Below are positions 1 through 6,462 of a stretch of DNA of 38,027 nt, in pieces. Positions within the stretch are counted from its first letter, which is position 1; each line of letters begins with the position of its first letter. A model generated the notes under the pieces. That model saw only the letters and a program-made list of their open reading frames with translations. It was not told the DNA's origin and did not search any database. Source of the stretch: a virus. The stretch lies in the IMG/VR virus record IMGVR_UViG_3300020187_000003; one strand, written 5' to 3'. The position numbers and the translations under genes were made by a program.

Positions 1-127
1 GCCTGGTCGAAGCGCAGAATGCCATCACTGACCAGTTGTCTGCAGCCCCTGCATGGCTGGCACCTAAGCGGGGCGACAGCAACCTGCATGCCACAGCATG
101 GCTGACCCTGTCTGACCTCCACCTCGA
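1..127. repeat. Terminal direct repeat copy 1 (circular-closure overlap, identical to 37901-38027)
   Basis: Bases 1-127 match 37901-38027 base for base when read by eye. The unique genome length is therefore 37,900 bp. Confidence 0.97.
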
Positions 128-896
128 CGAGGTTGTCATCAGGTCGCAGTCGGCGGGCCTCAACTCTTACAACCGCAAGATCGCAGAGAAACGCCTGACT
201 GCTGTCATCGAGAACACCATTGCCGTGTTCGATGAGCAGATCACCGGCCTCCAACTTGACGGTATCGTCTGCGCGTTGGGCGGCGACATCATCACAGGTG
301 ACATTCACGAAGAGCTGATGAAGACGAACGAATCGTCAGTGCCTGAAACGATTGTCCACTGGGTGCCAGTGCTGGCCTCGGCTATCGGTCGGCTCGCAGA
401 CAGGTTCGGCAAGGTGCATGTGCCATGTGTGAGCGGCAACCATGACCGGACAGGCAAGAAGATCCAGTTCAAGAACCGGGCGCAAGAATCGTTCTCTTGG
501 ATCATCTACCATTGGATCGCTGCTGAACTAGCAGACGATGACCGGGTCACCTTCGACATTGCCGAGGGTGCCGACAAGATGGTGAAGGTTTACAAGACGC
601 GGTTCATGCTCACTCATGGCGATGGGTTCCGTGGCGGTGGCGGTGTGGGCGGCATCTTCCCGGCGATGAACCGGTGGCTGCTGCGCAAGCATCAGGTCAC
701 CCCGTTTGACATCGCAGTGATGGGCCACTGGCACAGCCTGCAGTTCTATCCGACAGCGTTCATCAATGGGAGCCTGAAAGGGTATGACGAGTACGCTATC
801 GGGCATGGTTTCTCGTTCGAGCGGCCGCAGCAGATGCTGTTCGTCATCACTCCTGAGAATGGTGTGACGATCCAGACCGCTGCGTATGCGGATTGA
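3..896 (+). CDS. Calcineurin/Mre11-SbcD-type metallophosphoesterase, C-terminal part (continues from 37774 across the circular junction)
   Basis: In frame with ATG 37774 through the junction. Motifs DLHLD, GGDIITGD, SGNHDR, THGDG and GHWH are present. Stop TGA at 894-896. Confidence 0.85.
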   Translation: MVEAQNAITDQLSAAPAWLAPKRGDSNLHATAWLTLSDLHLDEVVIRSQSAGLNSYNRKIAEKRLTAVIENTIAVFDEQITGLQLDGIVCALGGDIITGDIHEELMKTNESSVPETIVHWVPVLASAIGRLADRFGKVHVPCVSGNHDRTGKKIQFKNRAQESFSWIIYHWIAAELADDDRVTFDIAEGADKMVKVYKTRFMLTHGDGFRGGGGVGGIFPAMNRWLLRKHQVTPFDIAVMGHWHSLQFYPTAFINGSLKGYDEYAIGHGFSFERPQQMLFVITPENGVTIQTAAYAD

Positions 897-1071
897 AGAT
901 GACGAGTGCTGGTGGTGTGAAGGGTACTGGGATGCGTGGGCTACTGACTGCCCAACCCATTCCGACAGCCGTGCGTTATCGGCCGCTGATAAGCGGCGGA
1001 TACTAGGTTTCACCGATGCTTCGGTAGAGTCGGATCGTGGGTTGGGCAGCGTTGTTCGCAGTCCATCGTGA
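886..1071 (+). CDS. Small Cys/Trp-rich hypothetical protein (CWWC...C..H)
   Basis: The ATG overlaps the last codons of the phosphoesterase gene. The ORF conflicts with the convergent ORF 1010-1192, so one of the two may be false. Confidence 0.3.
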   Translation: MRIEDDECWWCEGYWDAWATDCPTHSDSRALSAADKRRILGFTDASVESDRGLGSVVRSPS

Positions 1072-1192
1072 ACGTCGGGTAACTGGACCCATCACCTCTC
1101 ACCTCGATCAGTGTGCCGTGGTGTCCGCAGTGGATGGTGCGGTTCAGGTGGGCTTGCATGATGGGTGACGGGTGACGGGCCGGGGTAGTCAT
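1010..1192 (-). CDS. Hypothetical small protein, last gene of the early operon
   Basis: Its start overlaps the stop of the upstream gene as ATGA (1189-1192), the same coupling used throughout this operon. Confidence 0.45.
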   Translation of the reverse strand: MTTPARHPSPIMQAHLNRTIHCGHHGTLIEVRGDGSSYPTFTMDCEQRCPTHDPTLPKHR

Positions 1193-1437
1193 CGGTTGTA
1201 GTATCCGTTCCCGTGGGCCAGCTTGCGACGACTGGTGGCACCGAACGGTTCGTTACGCATGCACGGTGAACACAACGTCTCGCCGTCAACTACTTGGTCT
1301 GAGGCCAGGTATGTTTCGCATTCGTCGCAGCGCGTCTTGCCTGCCCGTAGTTTCTCGGAGTCCGGCATCAACCCTCCGTCCCTGGCCATCGGCACGCCAG
1401 CAATGTAGGTGGGTACGAATTTGGATTTGGATGTCAT
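1189..1437 (-). CDS. Small zinc-ribbon-like protein (CDEC...CSPC)
   Basis: ATGA overlap with the upstream gene at 1434-1437. Two CxxC pairs are present. Confidence 0.65.
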   Translation of the reverse strand: MTSKSKFVPTYIAGVPMARDGGLMPDSEKLRAGKTRCDECETYLASDQVVDGETLCSPCMRNEPFGATSRRKLAHGNGYYNR

Positions 1438-2009
1438 AGCAGTTGTCCTTCAGGTGGTTGCTCTTCGGTGAGTAGTGAGTTGGATGTTATGAGTCCGGTC
1501 AGCGTGGTGCCGGTAGCCGTGAACACAACGTGCCCTCGCCTGAACCCGAGCTGGATGACAGCGGGCTTGCCTTTATTGTCCTTCACCTTGCCCAGGGTGG
1601 CAGCGTGGGGTGAGTAGAAGCCGAGCTTGTCCAGCCCTACCGGAGGGTAGTCGGCCAGACACTGTGCTCTGAGTAGCTTGTAATTGCGGCTGATAGGCAC
1701 AGCTACTGCCTCGAAGACGCTGTCGCCCACGTACACACAGTGGCGTCCTTCCCTGGCTACCACCTGCACTGCAGCGGCCAGCGAGGCTTCTTTGAGGAAG
1801 CCTGCCCCATCCTCGATGAGTAGAGGCGGGCAACTGTACATCTCCACACCTTCCATCAGGATGGAGGCGAGCTTGATGCCATCGGTGGCAAACAACTCTG
1901 CACTGTCACCGTCCGGCGACGGGTGGATCTGGACATGGGATGCCCAAGTGGGGGCTTTCTTCGTGGTGTCTAGGAACCCGGCCAGGTTCTTGAAGTCGTG
2001 CTTGCTCAT
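1434..2009 (-). CDS. Hypothetical protein with sliding-clamp (DnaN)-like motifs
   Basis: ATGA coupling at 2006-2009. FATDGIKLA resembles the DnaN ATDghRLA motif, and a downstream ADYPPV resembles the clamp YP motif. At 191 aa it is about half the length of a clamp. Confidence 0.6.
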   Translation of the reverse strand: MSKHDFKNLAGFLDTTKKAPTWASHVQIHPSPDGDSAELFATDGIKLASILMEGVEMYSCPPLLIEDGAGFLKEASLAAAVQVVAREGRHCVYVGDSVFEAVAVPISRNYKLLRAQCLADYPPVGLDKLGFYSPHAATLGKVKDNKGKPAVIQLGFRRGHVVFTATGTTLTGLITSNSLLTEEQPPEGQLL

Positions 2010-2401
2010 TGCTGGATGGCCTCCGCATGTTGGGCGATGAGATTGCTCGCAGCGGCTTGCGCTTCAGGTTCCAATCCTTGCGCTACCGCATTAATCAGTT
2101 CAACGAGCGTGGATGTGAACAGTTCAAGCAGGCCAGTAGCCTGGTCGAGTTGGTCTTGGTCGGTGATGGGCATCATTCCTCCTCTTCGCCGCAAGGAGTC
2201 GACCAAAAAGTTCGGCAAGATCGCCGCAGTCGAACCGGGGTTCCTCTCATCGTATTCTGCGGCGTAGTCCAGCATGTACATGACGGTTTCGAAAGGGTCT
2301 TCCCTCATCGCTTGCCTGAGCAAGTCTGTGGCCTCGGCTGTAACCCGTGCAAGCTCGGCCTTGCACTCCGACTTACTGAGATGCTGGTATCTGTTCATCA
2401 T
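2006..2401 (-). CDS. Hypothetical helical acidic protein
   Basis: I place the start at the ATG that forms an ATGA overlap with the upstream stop (2398-2401), not at the longer ORF start 2443. Confidence 0.65.
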   Translation of the reverse strand: MMNRYQHLSKSECKAELARVTAEATDLLRQAMREDPFETVMYMLDYAAEYDERNPGSTAAILPNFLVDSLRRRGGMMPITDQDQLDQATGLLELFTSTLVELINAVAQGLEPEAQAAASNLIAQHAEAIQQ

Positions 2402-2601
2402 TCTTCCTCTTCTGCAAACATTTGTTCTTGGCAGTGGTGGCATAGCGATGAGATCAAAGTCTCCCTGTCCTCAATGCTCACGCCCGGCATCGCTTGTTGG
2501 ATGAGTGCCCCTGCCTGCCACGCTGCGTAGCCTAGCCGGGGGACGGTCACGTCGGTTAGGGTCGAGCACGCAAAGCACTCGACAGCTACGGTCTGGCCCA
2601 T
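2398..2601 (-). CDS. Small Cys-pair protein (CFAC...CHHC) with an acidic tail
   Basis: ORF in the coupled operon, with a 1-nt gap to the upstream gene. It has two Cys pairs and ends in EEEE. Confidence 0.65.
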   Translation of the reverse strand: MGQTVAVECFACSTLTDVTVPRLGYAAWQAGALIQQAMPGVSIEDRETLISSLCHHCQEQMFAEEEE

Positions 2602-2602
2602 C

Positions 2603-2806
2603 TCACTTCACCCCCGTGACAACACCGTCAACGACAGTGGCCTGACCGTACCAACTGTGTGGCTTGGGGTAGTGGGGGCCTTCGATGCCGACTCGGCCGT
2701 CGGTAGGGGCAGGGAACGGGCCGGGTGAGAACACAGTGACTCGCGTCCCTTCCTTGAGCGCCCTCTTCAGCGCTGCCTTCGATGGGTAGTTAGGTGATAC
2801 GTACAT
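2603..2806 (-). CDS. Hypothetical protein (67 aa)
   Basis: ORF on the operon strand, preceded by a 90-nt spacer that contains a hairpin. Confidence 0.65.
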   Translation of the reverse strand: MYVSPNYPSKAALKRALKEGTRVTVFSPGPFPAPTDGRVGIEGPHYPKPHSWYGQATVVDGVVTGVK

Positions 2807-2847
2807 GGTGGTTCCTTATCAGTTAGTGGGACCGAACAGTCCGCAAA

Positions 2848-2875
2848 CCACACCGAAGAGAGAGTGTCGGTGTGG
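2848..2875 (-). terminator. Intra-operon stem-loop (attenuator, terminator or processing site)
   Basis: 9-bp perfect stem CCACACCGA/TCGGTGTGG with a 10-nt loop. Only a TTT follows it on the minus strand. It lies between genes 2897-3103 and 2603-2806. Confidence 0.3.
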
Positions 2876-2896
2876 AGTGCGCAGTGTTCGAACTGC

Positions 2897-3103
2897 TCAG
2901 GTGGTTTCGTAGTTGGCCTCGTCCTCTTCCTCGTCATCATCCAGGACCCTTGTCATGCCCTCGCGACTCAGTTTCTCAGCCGCAACGTAGGATCCGGCGT
3001 CGGCCAGTCCGAAGTGGGTGTCTGTTGTGATTACGCAGCGGTATCTCCATGCGGGGGATGCGGTTGGACCCCAGTCAATAAACAATACCCTCTCGACAGT
3101 CAT
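2897..3103 (-). CDS. Hypothetical protein with an acidic C-terminus (DDDEEEDE)
   Basis: The start is chosen at the ATG (MTVERV) that forms an ATGA overlap with the upstream stop at 3100-3103. Confidence 0.6.
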   Translation of the reverse strand: MTVERVLFIDWGPTASPAWRYRCVITTDTHFGLADAGSYVAAEKLSREGMTRVLDDDEEEDEANYETT

Positions 3104-3387
3104 TCTCCTACCTTCAGGGTGAAGCTGGCGCTGGCCCGCTCCCATCCACCGTGGTCCGATGGTTCTAGGATGGCCTGCAGTGCGGTGATCATGTGTGATA
3201 CGGCGTCGTGCGGCGCACCTGGCAGGAAGAGCGTGACCGACCCAGCGGAGCGTTGACCGCCCCCCTCATCCGTCCTGACCATGACCTCAAGGGTGGTGAT
3301 CTTGCCGTCGTTGTACAGGTCATCGACCTCGATGGCGACTCGCGCCTCCTTGCATTGGGTGGCCTGGATGTTGGTTGATGTACTCAC
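3100..3387 (-). CDS. Hypothetical protein (95 aa)
   Basis: A GTG start forms a GTGA overlap with the upstream stop (3384-3387). Confidence 0.65.
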   Translation of the reverse strand: MSTSTNIQATQCKEARVAIEVDDLYNDGKITTLEVMVRTDEGGGQRSAGSVTLFLPGAPHDAVSHMITALQAILEPSDHGGWERASASFTLKVGE

Positions 3388-3635
3388 TTGCTCTCCTCAT
3401 TGTTGTTGAAACCTGGGAACGGTGGTGGTGGTGGCATAAGGCCAAGCTCCACCTTGAGATCTTGCCGTGCCACGTAGGCTGCAGTGAACTCGTTGTAGTT
3501 GGTCGCAGCGTCGACCCGGGCTGTCGCTGCCAGCATGCGCCGCCGTGCAATCTTGTCCTCGTACTCGAACATCATGTGCTCACCTGTACGCCAATCGTCG
3601 TCCATGCGCTGGCCTGTCCATTCTTCATCATTCAT
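3384..3635 (-). CDS. Hypothetical protein (83 aa, PPPPP tract)
   Basis: ATGA overlap with the upstream gene at 3632-3635. Confidence 0.65.
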   Translation of the reverse strand: MNDEEWTGQRMDDDWRTGEHMMFEYEDKIARRRMLAATARVDAATNYNEFTAAYVARQDLKVELGLMPPPPPFPGFNNNEESK

Positions 3636-3907
3636 TGTCGCTTGCCTTCCTCGCTGGCATGCCAGCTATTCCATTGCATCTCATCAAACTGCTCATCGGT
3701 CGGTCGCCACATCGGGTTGTCTTCCAGAGTGTGGATCACAGCGTCGAACCCCCCGTCGTAGTAACCGGCGTCCAACCATACAGTTGCACACCTTTCGCAC
3801 TCCCTCATGTCCTCCTCACTCATTCCGTCCCCACTGAGCAGGGTTGCCCGATGGTCGCTCGCTTGGATAGCCTCGGCCATTTCGATGTCTACGTCGTTCC
3901 ATATCAT
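3632..3907 (-). CDS. Hypothetical acidic protein (91 aa)
   Basis: AAGGAG Shine-Dalgarno (3915-3920 on the minus strand) lies 7 nt before ATG 3907. Confidence 0.7.
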   Translation of the reverse strand: MIWNDVDIEMAEAIQASDHRATLLSGDGMSEEDMRECERCATVWLDAGYYDGGFDAVIHTLEDNPMWRPTDEQFDEMQWNSWHASEEGKRQ

Positions 3908-3918
3908 TTCATCTCTCC

Positions 3919-3960
3919 TTGGTTGGTTGGTTGGTTGGTTGGTTGGTTGGTGGTTGGTTG
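3919..3960. repeat. (TTGG)8 microsatellite plus a degenerate extension; reads (CCAA)n in the minus-strand mRNA
   Basis: Eight perfect TTGG units at 3919-3950, then TGGTTGGTTG. The tract fills the spacer between stop 3962 and the SD at 3915-3920. Confidence 0.95.
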
Positions 3961-3961
3961 C

Positions 3962-4168
3962 TCATGCTCGGCACTCGGTGGCGCACGGTGTGCCCTTGGT
4001 GAGTAGCCGGGTCACGACCCGGTCGGCAGCTTCGAAGGTTTCTTCGGTCGGCTCCAGAATGCTGTACACCTGGTCGCTGATGTCGACAGCGCATCCGCAC
4101 GTCGTGAATACGTGCAGCTCGTTGTTGTGATGCAGCTTCAGCTCGTAGCTGGCGGTTGTGTTGTTCAT
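3962..4168 (-). CDS. Hypothetical protein (68 aa; an alternative ATG at 4219 would add an NPTQPSQPNQPTQ extension)
   Basis: AAGGAG (4174-4179 on the minus strand) lies 5 nt before ATG 4168. The longer ORF reads through the repeat tract. Confidence 0.6.
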   Translation of the reverse strand: MNNTTASYELKLHHNNELHVFTTCGCAVDISDQVYSILEPTEETFEAADRVVTRLLTKGTPCATECRA

Positions 4169-4177
4169 GGTGTCTCC

Positions 4178-4216
4178 TTGGGTTGGTTGGTTGGGTTGGC
4201 TGGGTTGGGTTGGGTT
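4178..4216. repeat. Imperfect TTGG/TTGGG microsatellite; a CCAA/CCCAA leader on the minus strand
   Basis: TTGGG TTGG TTGG TTGGG TTGG C TGGG TTGGG TTGGG TT, immediately 5' of the SD of gene 3962-4168. Confidence 0.9.
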
Positions 4217-4274
4217 CATCGCGGGCCGACACACCACAGTGCAGCGGCCAACAGTAGGACTATCAGCAGCAAGG

Positions 4275-5129
4275 TCATGCCGTCGCTAGTTCTTTAGCCA
4301 TCGGGGAGCGTCGCATCGTACCCTTAGCCGACAGCAGCACAACCCCGGCGCTGTCCTGTGTTCGGTCATCGTGCAGGTCGCCGTTCGTGGCGTCCATACC
4401 GTGCCACGTCGGCACGTCCAGCTCGCTGGCCTTGGCCCGAATCACGACAGCCACACTGTGTCCAGCGTCGACCATCGACCGGATAGCGTCGACAGTAGTA
4501 TGTTCGGTGGCCGAATATGTCAGGTGGTAGTTCGTTGGTCGGTTGCGTTCACGGATCTGAGCCGGAATCTTGCTGTAATCGTAGAACCGGGCCAGACGAC
4601 CCAACGGATCCCGCAGCTTGAACACCCGTGGAAGTAGTACTTCCCAGCGTCGGTCGCTCAACACGTTGAGCCGATGCAAACACTCACCGAGAGTTGTCGC
4701 AAGGTTGGACCTAACCTCATGCTCTACGATCCGAGCGAACGCCTCCGGGTAGGTGTGAGCGAATACCGTCTTACAGATCCGCCCGAGCTGTGCGCTCTCA
4801 TATCGTCCGTTACCGTTAGCCTGCAAACAGTTAGCGCTACATTCAACAGTCGCATGTGGACACTGGTCGGGCACGGAATACCCCGACTGGATGCCGTGCG
4901 CCCTGCAGTAGTCACGAGCGATAGTGTGCGGTGCTAGCGACAGCCCCCACGTAGGTAGTGTGGACTTATCAAGTTTCGAATTGTCCGTCGGTTGGGTCAA
5001 TATCTTTACGACCCCGGGACGATGAACGAAACCGAACTGTGTACGGAATTCCGCATAGGTTCGGTAGTCGTCTCGGACCTCGTCCGACATGTAGACCCGA
5101 GCGCTGGTTACCTTGGTTGTTCCTGGCAT
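4275..5129 (-). CDS. Cys-cluster protein, possibly GP88-like (function unknown)
   Basis: 284-aa ORF. The segment LSLAP...CPHATVECSANCLQANGNGRY resembles, from memory, the SLP..CP.A..C...C..G.Y signature of phage GP88-family proteins. Not verified. Confidence 0.7.
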   Translation of the reverse strand: MPGTTKVTSARVYMSDEVRDDYRTYAEFRTQFGFVHRPGVVKILTQPTDNSKLDKSTLPTWGLSLAPHTIARDYCRAHGIQSGYSVPDQCPHATVECSANCLQANGNGRYESAQLGRICKTVFAHTYPEAFARIVEHEVRSNLATTLGECLHRLNVLSDRRWEVLLPRVFKLRDPLGRLARFYDYSKIPAQIRERNRPTNYHLTYSATEHTTVDAIRSMVDAGHSVAVVIRAKASELDVPTWHGMDATNGDLHDDRTQDSAGVVLLSAKGTMRRSPMAKELATA

Positions 5130-5206
5130 GGCTTTCTCTCTCTCTTGGTGTAGTTCACCATGAGACCATCGGACATACGCCCGATAGCCCTAGCTGGACT
5201 AACCGA

Positions 5207-5524
5207 CTAGCTATGAAGCGACCACGTAGCAAGGTACGTATCGCCATCCCTATGGTAGGTCATGCCGCGTTCTAGATAAAGGCCACAGTCGGCGTCTATC
5301 CGCTTGCCATGCATCACCATCGCCACAAACATGCCGCCGAAGTCGCTTGTCTTATGCCGCCAGATAGCAGCGATAGACTCGCGAGCTGTCCGAGCTAGGT
5401 CATAATGCTCGTCTAGCATCGCCATTTCCAGCAGGTTCAACGAATACTCTAACGCCTGGTCGTGATCCAGACGTTCCACTGTCTCAACAGACTCGGGCTG
5501 ATACATCGGATTGTGTCCCATCAT
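5207..5524 (-). CDS. Hypothetical protein, first gene of the early operon
   Basis: 105-aa ORF. ATGATG start preceded by a (GA)6 purine tract acting as an SD-like leader. Confidence 0.7.
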   Translation of the reverse strand: MMGHNPMYQPESVETVERLDHDQALEYSLNLLEMAMLDEHYDLARTARESIAAIWRHKTSDFGGMFVAMVMHGKRIDADCGLYLERGMTYHRDGDTYLATWSLHS

Positions 5525-5563
5525 GTGTCTCTCTCTCTCTTAGCGCGGGGGAACATCCCCCGA

Positions 5564-5698
5564 TCTAGTAGAGCCACCACGACCGACTCTCGCCGCTTCT
5601 GCACTCGTCCGCTTCTGCACTGGCCCGGACAGGACCAGCTACCACGTAGGGGTATTTCCTACGACCGGACGAGCTACCACGTTGGTGGCTCTACTAGA
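5564..5698. repeat. Long-range 16-bp inverted repeat enclosing direct repeats and a hairpin
   Basis: TCTAGTAGAGCCACCA (5564-5579) pairs with TGGTGGCTCTACTAGA (5683-5698). Inside are CCGCTTCTGCACT x2 (5593, 5609), AGCTACCACGT x2 (5637, 5672) and the hairpin CGTAGG-N7-CCTACG (5645-5663). Confidence 0.9.
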
Positions 5699-6098
5699 CC
5701 ACTTGCCCTAGAGCCGGACTCACTGAGCGTCGCGGGGTAATCCCATCCGACACCGTCTAGTCCTGCCCCAAGGCAAGTCTTGCTAGCTTGTTCCCTCCAT
5801 GCCTGCCAGGTATTCACACCAGAACCAGGGAACCTATAGACCACTACTTCCCACACTGCGCCCATCGCCATCGGAGTTAGAATCCGCGTTCGTTATGTCG
5901 GTAGCGCTACTAGGTAGCGGTGCAAGTTGTCAAAGAACATCGGACGGCACATGCCCCAAGGCCCGAGGGCCTGAGGTACCGTCTCGCTGCCCCTAACTCG
6001 GCAACGGCTAGAACCTAACACCCCGCCGACCTCCCAACACAACCCGAAGCCACTCTGTAACACAACCGAAACAATGCTGTCACAAACGTAACAAACAG

Positions 6099-6132
6099 CC
6101 CCCACAATCGCCCCTAACAGCCCCCAAGGCCC
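6099..6132 (-). other. Canonical G-quadruplex motif on the minus strand (C-runs on plus)
   Basis: CCCCC-N7-CCCC-N6-CCCCC-N4-CCC on the plus strand, i.e. G3+ N1-7 x4 on the minus strand. Confidence 0.6.
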
Positions 6133-6191
6133 GGCCACACCTACCCCGCCACCCACTAACCTCGCGACGATTCACTACCTAAGCACCAACT

Positions 6192-6281
6192 AACAAATGA
6201 GTGCAACCCCGGCACTAATGCGGATTGCTCGCCAGCAACAAATGGGCGCAATGCCAGCACCAATGCGGATTACCCCAACCC
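6192..6281. repeat. Imperfect tandem duplication, 45-bp period, two units
   Basis: AACAAATG recurs at 6192 and 6237, and AATGCGGATT at 6217 and 6262. A hand alignment gives 32/45 identical overall and 29/35 in the first 35 positions. Confidence 0.85.
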
Positions 6282-6334
6282 TAAACCAACAGTAAAGGGT
6301 GCGCCCTAATCTAATTAATCATATAGTTAGCGCC

Positions 6335-6462
6335 TGCTTCATTTGCGAAGCACTAGAGCCGGCAGTGGGGAATAGGAATAAGAACCATTCCCAGTGTGTG
6401 ACACATGACCATGTGACACATGACCATTGCATCGACGAAGCGCTTGCTGCGTAAATGAAGCA
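6335..6462. repeat. 18-bp inverted repeat (16/18 match) bracketing the operator-like repeats
   Basis: TGCTTCATTTGCGAAGCA (6335-6352) versus the reverse complement of TGCTGCGTAAATGAAGCA (6445-6462), with a 92-bp spacer. Confidence 0.85.

Noticed and set aside
1-127. The 127-bp end identity interpreted as a biological direct terminal repeat.
   Set aside because: A gene reads straight through the junction, and the overlap length equals a common assembler k-mer, so an assembly closure is more parsimonious. This still needs read-level confirmation.
950-1010. Hairpin GCCGCT-GATA-AGCGGC near the convergent junction of blocks iv and i, considered as a bidirectional terminator.
   Set aside because: The stem is short, with no adequate T-tract on either strand, and it lies inside the candidate ORF 886-1071. 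The evidence is too weak to call.
2009-2530. 173-aa plus-strand ORF, plus other plus-strand ORFs (1684-2040, 2864-3256, 3375-3761, 3545-4006), in the early region.
   Set aside because: All are antisense to the coupled minus-strand operon, lack SDs and encode Ser/Cys/Arg-rich low-complexity products.
3807-4232. ORFs 3807-4130 (+), 3909-4232 (-) and 4112-4297 (+) reading through the TTGG microsatellites and giving LVGW or NQPT repeat peptides.
   Set aside because: They overlap better-supported, SD-preceded minus-strand genes. Their repeat peptides are a by-product of the simple-sequence tracts.
5893-6156. 87-aa minus-strand ORF (GTG start) with a hydrophobic Gly/Val-rich product. A neighbouring 65-aa ORF lies at 5674-5871.
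   Set aside because: The amino-acid composition is what the G/T-rich minus strand yields by default. There is no SD, and both ORFs overlap the G4 and inverted-repeat elements. A small membrane peptide cannot be fully excluded without expression data.
6398-6427. Possible CRISPR-like array, suggested by the tandem 15-bp repeats.
   Set aside because: The two units are directly adjacent with no spacers and the repeats are too short. It fits an operator or iteron, not a CRISPR array.
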